This document shows, piece by piece, positions 57,033 to 64,000 of a stretch of DNA of 64,000 bases. Under the pieces are notes generated by a model. It worked only from the letters and a program-made list of their open reading frames with translations, was not told the DNA's origin and did not search any database. The DNA is from Octopus vulgaris (taxonomy: Eukaryota): assembly GCA_951406725.2 (NCBI GenBank), contig OX597815.1, positions 165,230,001-165,294,000 on the forward strand, in the 5' to 3' direction. Both the position numbers and the translations under genes were made by a program. Every line of letters starts with the position of its first letter. Positions within the stretch are counted from its first letter, which is position 1.

Positions 57033-58764
57033 TTCTTGCGAGGTAAATCACCTAACACTCACCGTTCAACATGTTACATACTGTGCGAATTATGGATTAT
57101 ACGAAAAACGAAAAAAAAAACAAAACAAAAAAAATAGCAATTTTTATATATACGTCCATGCAACGTAAAATCTTTCAGATGACAATGGCGAAGATAGTTG
57201 TGAAAAATACATGCTACACATGTTCCACAGATATTGTTGGTTAAAGCAGTTAATGGAAGAAATACAAATTCTGAAAACACACCGCGAGAAAAAAAATTTG
57301 ATTTACATTTTAGTTTCGTTCCTTTTATCCTTTATATTTTACTTGTTTCGGTCACTGGACTGCAGCCGTGTTTGGGCACTACCTTGACGGGTTCAGTTGA
57401 ACAAATCGTCCTAGTGCTTGTTTTTAAAGTCTGATACTTATCATATCGTTCTCTTTTGTCGAGCTACTGAGTTATGGGGACGTAAAGAAACAAACAACGA
57501 TGGGCTTTCAGGCTTTCACAATTTCCGTTAATCAAAATCCCTCACAAGGCATTACTCGGGCCGGGATTATAGCAGAACACATTTGCCCAAGGTGCCCTAC
57601 AGGGATTGAACCCGAAACCACGTGGTTGCAAACCCCGCTTGATAGCCACGCAGACTAATCTTCGGGTCAAATATTTCTTTTGATTATATAACAGAAAGAA
57701 AGGTGCGACGAACTTCCACCGTAAATCAACTTGTTTCATAAATTATGCTTTGCTTAGCCCTATGCCTGTCAAAAGCATTTTCATTAGTTTGTCCTAAAAT
57801 GTGCATCCTTGTTTTCAGACGTTTAGCTAGCCCTTGATTCATACGTTTTGAGTAATGCAAAACTCCCTCTTTCAAAAGCCTCAAGTTACTCGGGTGGATG
57901 AAAACAAGTATTGAGAATGTGTATCATATATGATGCTTGGACTAGGGAAATCCTGTCCTGTTTCACATGTGATACACAAGACAGTGTAAATGTTAAGGCG
58001 AACATTTAAAATGACCAGTAAAATAAGTCCATGAATAATGTTTCAATTCCCAGTTGAAACTAATTAATTTCAATAACACACATTACAAAGGCACAAATAT
58101 TTCAAATTCCCGTATCCTCTTCCTCAAAATATGAACCCGTGTATCTAACCAAAAGGATTTTAAAAAATGCTTATTCGATCTCTTTATTCAAAACATTCCA
58201 AACTTTCAAATTTTGCAATTTATACATGATAAGAATGACAGGAGATACAAATAAAAGACAAAATGGAGTTGACCTATAAAGTGAGTTTTCATTTGAAGGT
58301 CACAGTCGTATTAGATGTCAATCACCAGCCAAAAAGCTGGAGTAATTTACCGCACCAGAATGTAACTTTAGAAATTGTAAATATATGAAGCGTGAGAATT
58401 CTATTCTTTGATTTAAATTGAATCTCATTTAAACAGGTTCAATTTTGAGCATGGAACTGTATAAATTTTGATCAATTTCGTATCAACGAGATGGTCGTTT
58501 CTGATATTTTTCTGTTTCAGTCAATAATATGTGGCCCTGCTGCAGAACCTAGGAAGATTGTAGTCGAACGGATCGACTCTAGTATTTATTTCTTAAGTTT
58601 GGTACCTATTTATCGGTCTTTTTCGCTGAACCGCTATGTTGCGGAAACATAAATAAACGAACAACGGTTGTCAAGCGGTGGAGGTGGATAAGCACAAAGA
58701 GGCACATACACATACTTACACATACGCACATATATACGACTGGCTTCCACACAATCTCCGTCTA

Positions 58765-59050
58765 GTGGAGGCACATGGCCTAGTGGTTAGAGCAGCGGAC
58801 TCGGGGGTTCGAATCTCAGGCTGGGCGATGTGTGTGTTTATGAGCGAAACACCTAAGCTCCACGCGGCTCCGGCAGAAGATAGTGGCGAACCTTTGCTGA
58901 CTCTTTCGCCACAACTTTCTCTCACTCTTTCTTCCTGCATCTTGCAGCTCACCTGTGATGGACCGGCGTCCCGTCCAGCTGGGGAACCTATACGCCAAGG
59001 AAACCGGGACACCGGCCCTTATGAGCCAGGCATGACTCGAGAAGGAACAA
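58765..59050 (+). mobile_element. SINE family D, tail type 3 (V-domain-like cctgtgatggaccggcgtcccgtccag), 14-bp TSD
   Basis: TSD acaatctccgtcta (58751-58764) / acaatctccgccta (59051-59064), inside a diverged family B copy. Confidence 0.88.
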
Positions 59051-60061
59051 ACAATCTCCGCCTACCAAATTCACTCATTAAACATTGGTCAGTCTGGGGT
59101 TACAGCAGAAGACACCCACCCAAGGTGCCGCATAGTGGGACAGAACCTGAAAACAGAAACCACCCGGTTGAAATGCGAGTTTGTTAACCACACAGCGATA
59201 CCGACTCCTACGAGCCAAGCTTGCAATTATGCAGACATAAACTTAAAAGTCATTACACGAGATTAAAAAAGAATCCTGTCTATATCTATTTATAAAGTAT
59301 AAACTTATTCCGACAAACCTCAGAGCCAAATTTCTTAATGGAAAGATGTAATAGATTTAATCATTCAAGTATTATTTGTCTCTCCTTATCATCATAAAGG
59401 ATAAAAGTGAATGGCGACCTTAACGGATTTCGGATTCTGAAGTGACAAGGACGATGAAATGTATTGCTTTTAGTTAGACGCTTTACTATTTAGCCACCAA
59501 TACCACCACATTATTCAACAAATATTGATTTATTACATAGACAATTTATTTATAGAAGAGGGAAATCTCTCTGTTTTATTTCACACTTCTTCCTAATTTT
59601 TATTGCATATTCACCATAGTACAAGCATATTCAATTCAACGCTATTCAGTTTTCTGTAATAGACTTTTAATAAGGCAAATTCTTTTTGTAGCCAAAGCTG
59701 TAATAAAAATTTGGGCATTTCAAACTAACAAACATAATATAATAATAAGTCTAAGATACAATAGCTGATGCAGCAGTTATACAAAATTGCAATAATAAAG
59801 TCTAATAAGGCATGATGCTACACGCACAATATAAATGTAGTTATAATATACTTATAAATAAAATTAGATGTGTGTGTGTGTGTGAGAGAGAGAGTGTGTG
59901 AGCGCGCGTGCACAAATTGCGGGTGGGCATGGTTGTATGGCTAATTAAGTCGCTTCGCAACCACAGGGTTATGTGCTCAATCCCACCGTGCAGCACTTTG
60001 GGCAACTGCCGAATGCCTTGCGAGTGGAATGATATGGTAGATGGAAACTACGAGCAAGCCA

Positions 60062-60143
<82 letters not shown>

Positions 60144-60156
60144 CATCCATCCATCC

Positions 60157-60216
<60 letters not shown>

Positions 60217-60341
60217 GTCTATCTGTCTGTCTGTCTGTCTGTCTGCCTGTCTGCCTGCCTGTCTGTCTGCCTGTCTGTCTATCTATCTATCTACCTATCT
60301 ATCTATCTTTGTGTGTGTGTGAGCAATTTCATCGCACTTCG

Positions 60342-60881
60342 GTATTTCCCATTGAGAAAGCTAAAGAGCCAGAAATGCACGTATGAGAATCCGTTAAAGG
60401 GAAGCACTGAGCAGATATGGTGTTTCTACACCTTTGACGATGAGAGAATGTTTTTCTCTACGGTAACTGTAATGACTCTACCATTAGAAGTTAAAATATG
60501 TCACAAACATATTTTAACTAACCTAAAGTTCATTGATTCCTAATCACTGCTTGACGTTGATGCTGCTATTTTTATTCCGACCAAGCGGTCTATTAACGCA
60601 ACTTAGTCACTGATGTTGACTGTTTTTTGGTTAAAGCTACGGCTTTGATTATGCCCTTGGTTATCTCCCTTCAGTATTTCCCATTGAGGAAGGCTAAAGA
60701 GCTAGAAACATGCATCTGGGAATCCGGGAATCTGCTAGAGGGAAGCACTAGGCAGATGTGGTGTTTTTACACCGTTTACCTTCAGAGAAAATCTATTTTT
60801 TTCCCACGGTAACTTCAGTGAATTTACTTTTAGAAGTTAAAATACTTCACAAACATGTTTTAACAAATCTAAAGTTCATTG

Positions 60882-60883
<2 letters not shown>
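60342..60883. repeat. Diverged ~200-bp direct duplication (60342-60537 and 60674-60883)
   Basis: Shared gtatttcccattgag, gggaagcact, acggtaact and ttagaagttaaaata..cacaaacat..ctaaagttcattgat. Confidence 0.85.
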
Positions 60884-60925
<42 letters not shown>

Positions 60926-61457
60926 GTATATGCAATCTGTCTTCCTCTTTCTCTATTCTACTTGCACCTTTTCATCTTTTCCTTTCTTCCTCATGCACTC
61001 ATCATTCCTTCAATGCTCTGCTTTGTTATAAGCAAAAATGGCTCTGACAAAAGTAGCATTAATTATTTTTAGGTGGTGTAATTTTTCTCAACTGATTAAT
61101 AGATCAATTAAGTACACCTATCAGTAATGTACCTATAACGATAACTGGAAACAGGTGTGAGCCAAATTTGCTCCAAACAAAGGAAAAATATATAATAACC
61201 ATTGCTTTTACCTTGTCATATATATATATATATATATATTTTATTTTATTGAAATGGATAAATGAATTATCTTGTTACGGATTATTCAAAATTTAACCGA
61301 TACCTGGGTAGCAAAAATCACAACAGAAAAAACACGGTTGAGGTTACGACCATGGGGTGTCGCAACTGTGCCTTAGCGCGGATAATTGAAGTTTTATATA
61401 TTTAGTGAAGGGAAGAAATGGAGCTGAACGAAGATTCTACAAAATTCCTTTTTATTA

Positions 61458-61541
61458 TTTTCTACACATGTTTCAAAGGCTGCAAATTTCCAAATTCGGA
61501 TTGAATAAGGAGACCATTTTGCAGCTTTCTCTTCAGGAAAA
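61458..61541 (-). ncRNA. Type I hammerhead ribozyme motif, intact core and strong stem II
   Basis: Minus strand: TTTTC CTGAAGA GAAAGCTGCAAA [31 nt] TTTGCAGCCTTT GAAAC ATGT GTA GAAAA. Flanked by inverted tttagtgaagggaaga (~61401) / tcttcccttcactaaa (~61626). Confidence 0.78.
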
Positions 61542-61640
61542 ACCAGGAATTTAAATCTCCAAACAAATGCGCAGCAAGCTATTCGAACAAAACGCTCCCT
61601 AGGAGCCCATGGTAAGGCACAAAACTCTTCCCTTCACTAA

Positions 61641-61675
<35 letters not shown>

Positions 61676-61873
61676 TAGATAGATAGATAAATAGATAGAT
61701 AGATAGGAAAAGAGGAAACGGAAGCGCTCATTACGGTCAGTGTGCGACACTTTCTGATGGCCGACTACGCTGCATTATTATTTATACCACTATGCACTTT
61801 TGATTATTGGAAGAGATAAATCACATCACAAGTCTCTTCGTTCCCTGTTGCGATTGGCCTAGTGTCTCATGAG

Positions 61874-61962
<89 letters not shown>

Positions 61963-62282
61963 GTCTGTCTATCTATCTATCTATCTATATATATATATAT
62001 ATATATATATAACGTGAGGTATTTTTGCTACCTAAATGTGGACGATGCTACTGTAGTTTATAGCCCCAGGAAGACATCTCCTCCAGCTGGCTAACGACAC
62101 ACTGTCTGTGCCCGATCAGTATTTGCAAAGTGAAATCATCGTCCCCCTCTCTAGCCTGACATGATACACACGGACCCGAGTTTTTGAGTAGTAACCCGGC
62201 GTCAGCGTGTGACAATCACCGGTTAGGGATGAGACGTGATCTCGAACACAAAATACTACACACATACGCGTGCGCACACACA

Positions 62283-62376
<94 letters not shown>

Positions 62377-62412
62377 TACACACACACATACACACATACA
62401 TATATGCATTTA

Positions 62413-62595
62413 GGCAGCGAGCTGGCAGAATCATTAGCAGGCGAAATGCTTAGAGGTATTTCGTCCGTCTTTACGTTCTGAGTTTAAATTCCGCCGAAGT
62501 CGACTTTCATCCTTTTGGGGTTGATAGATTAAGTACCAGTCAAATATTAGGGTCGATGTGATGGAATTTCAGGCCTTGTGCCTATTGTAGAAATA
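62413..62595 (+). mobile_element. SINE family A (the only plus-strand copy seen)
   Basis: ggcagcgagctggcagaatcattagc..gagtttaaattccgccgaagtcgac. Confidence 0.8.
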
Positions 62596-62603
62596 AGTAA
62601 AAG

Positions 62604-62637
<34 letters not shown>

Positions 62638-62874
62638 CAACTAATAAGGGTGAGAAAATTGGATACTAATTTAATAGTACCATCAATTTAACACCAAGTG
62701 GCTTAGTGCATAAAAACCAGGAATACAATAAATTTTATACGTAAATATAAGAGAGTGACCACTATGTGGTCGACACTAGCACTAAAAATAGATCCGCTAC
62801 GGTTTCAGCCACAAAGAATTGTCTCCGATGAAAGTTAGCACAACTATTAGCGTAAACGAACAGTTATAAAAAAT

Positions 62875-63300
62875 AACTTGTTTCAGTCTTCAGATTGCAA
62901 CCTTGTTGAAGTACCGCTTTGAAGGAGTACCGCGTTAAATAGATTAATTTGATCACAGGACTTACCTGTTTTGAAACTTGGTATTTATTCTATCGGTCTC
63001 TTTTGCGGAACCGCTTAATTATGGGACCGTAAACAAACCAGCAGCCATTGTCAAGCGGTGGTTTTGGACAAACAGGGATACAAAAGCACACATATACTCG
63101 CACACGCGCGCGCACTCACACACATGCACACACATACACACGCATACGTATATATATATATACAACGGGCTTCTTTCAGTTTCCATCTACCAAATTCGGT
63201 CGGCTAGGGGTTACAGTAGAAGACACATGCCGAAGGTGCTACGCAGTGGGACTGAACCCGGGACCACGTGGTTCCGAAGCAAGATTCTTACCACAGAGAC
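62875..63300 (-). mobile_element. Diverged SINE family B (other diverged pieces at ~41625, 42530, 43262, 43555, 49290, 51075, 54180, 57335, 58510 and 59925)
   Basis: Recognisable head, core and tail segments. Confidence 0.7.
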
Positions 63301-63307
63301 ACACACC

Positions 63308-63403
<96 letters not shown>

Positions 63404-63423
63404 CTATATATAGTATATGTATA

Positions 63424-63508
<85 letters not shown>

Positions 63509-64000
63509 TGCTTACAGGGACAAACGCACACACCTACACACCTACGTACATATATCTGTATCAGCGTAAGCACGACAAGATTCATGTGGACATTTTCGCA
63601 ACAATTAATCCTTTTATCTTTTCTCATCTTCCCTCCTCTCCTATCATTTAACGCTTTATTTGGAAGAACACAAATGTTCGAAAGGTCATAATTAACTCTG
63701 TCTGTTTCTCTCAGCGTCCAGTTAATAATTTTGATTCTGAATATAAGCCGCCTTCTTATTTTCCTTATTTTGTTGTATGATATATGTATATGTATACACA
63801 CACACACACACACATATATATATACGTTTAAATATTTGTTGTGCAAGATTTTTTATGAACATATATAAACAGAAGATACAAATATTACAGGCATCCCCCC
63901 ACATACACACACTAAATAAACATAAACGTACATAGAGATATAAGCATGCGCAAATGAAGACATACAATAGAGATACAAAATGGCTGACGGTTAGTAAGGA

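Larger units (their letters stand above)
55253..57992. mobile_element. Possible piggyBac-like relic filled with SINEs
   Basis: Diverged inverted ends containing tgtgYatcaMatgtga and atttccct..gcatcatatatgat.cacat; TTAA on the right, TTAG on the left. Confidence 0.4.

Noticed and set aside
58678-59187. 169-aa ORF with non-repetitive sequence
   Set aside because: Runs through nested SINE D within SINE B; a chance open frame.

Overview
Eukaryotic (not prokaryotic) DNA, AT-rich and saturated with microsatellites ((CA)n, (TA)n, (CATA)n, (GATA)n, (GA)n, trinucleotides). It carries several tRNA-derived SINE families that I recognise as typical of octopus (coleoid cephalopod) genomes; the organism call is from recall, not a search. 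Almost all ORFs in the track are microsatellite artefacts. The real coding signal is limited to: (i) one probable 55-nt first coding exon on the minus strand (33768-33714; MDVSPLFLMLLVLSLIER, signal-peptide-like, with a perfect AG|GTAAGT donor), implying a >33 kb first intron; (ii) a young 5'-truncated CR1-type LINE reverse transcriptase; (iii) R4/Dong-type LINE 3' ends sitting in (CATA)n; (iv) a Penelope-type endonuclease relic. The rest is SINEs (several nested with TSDs, with head/tail swapping between families), hAT, Tc/mariner, piggyBac-like and Helentron-like relics, and a compound minisatellite. The most striking hidden structure is a set of 8 type-I hammerhead-ribozyme motifs between 44.8 and 61.6 kb, from about 6 sequence-unrelated Penelope-like families. 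Most have a palindromic loop 3 and a long stem II, and several are arranged as diverging inverted pairs (fold-back palindromes). All calls were made by eye and coordinates of degenerate repeats are approximate.
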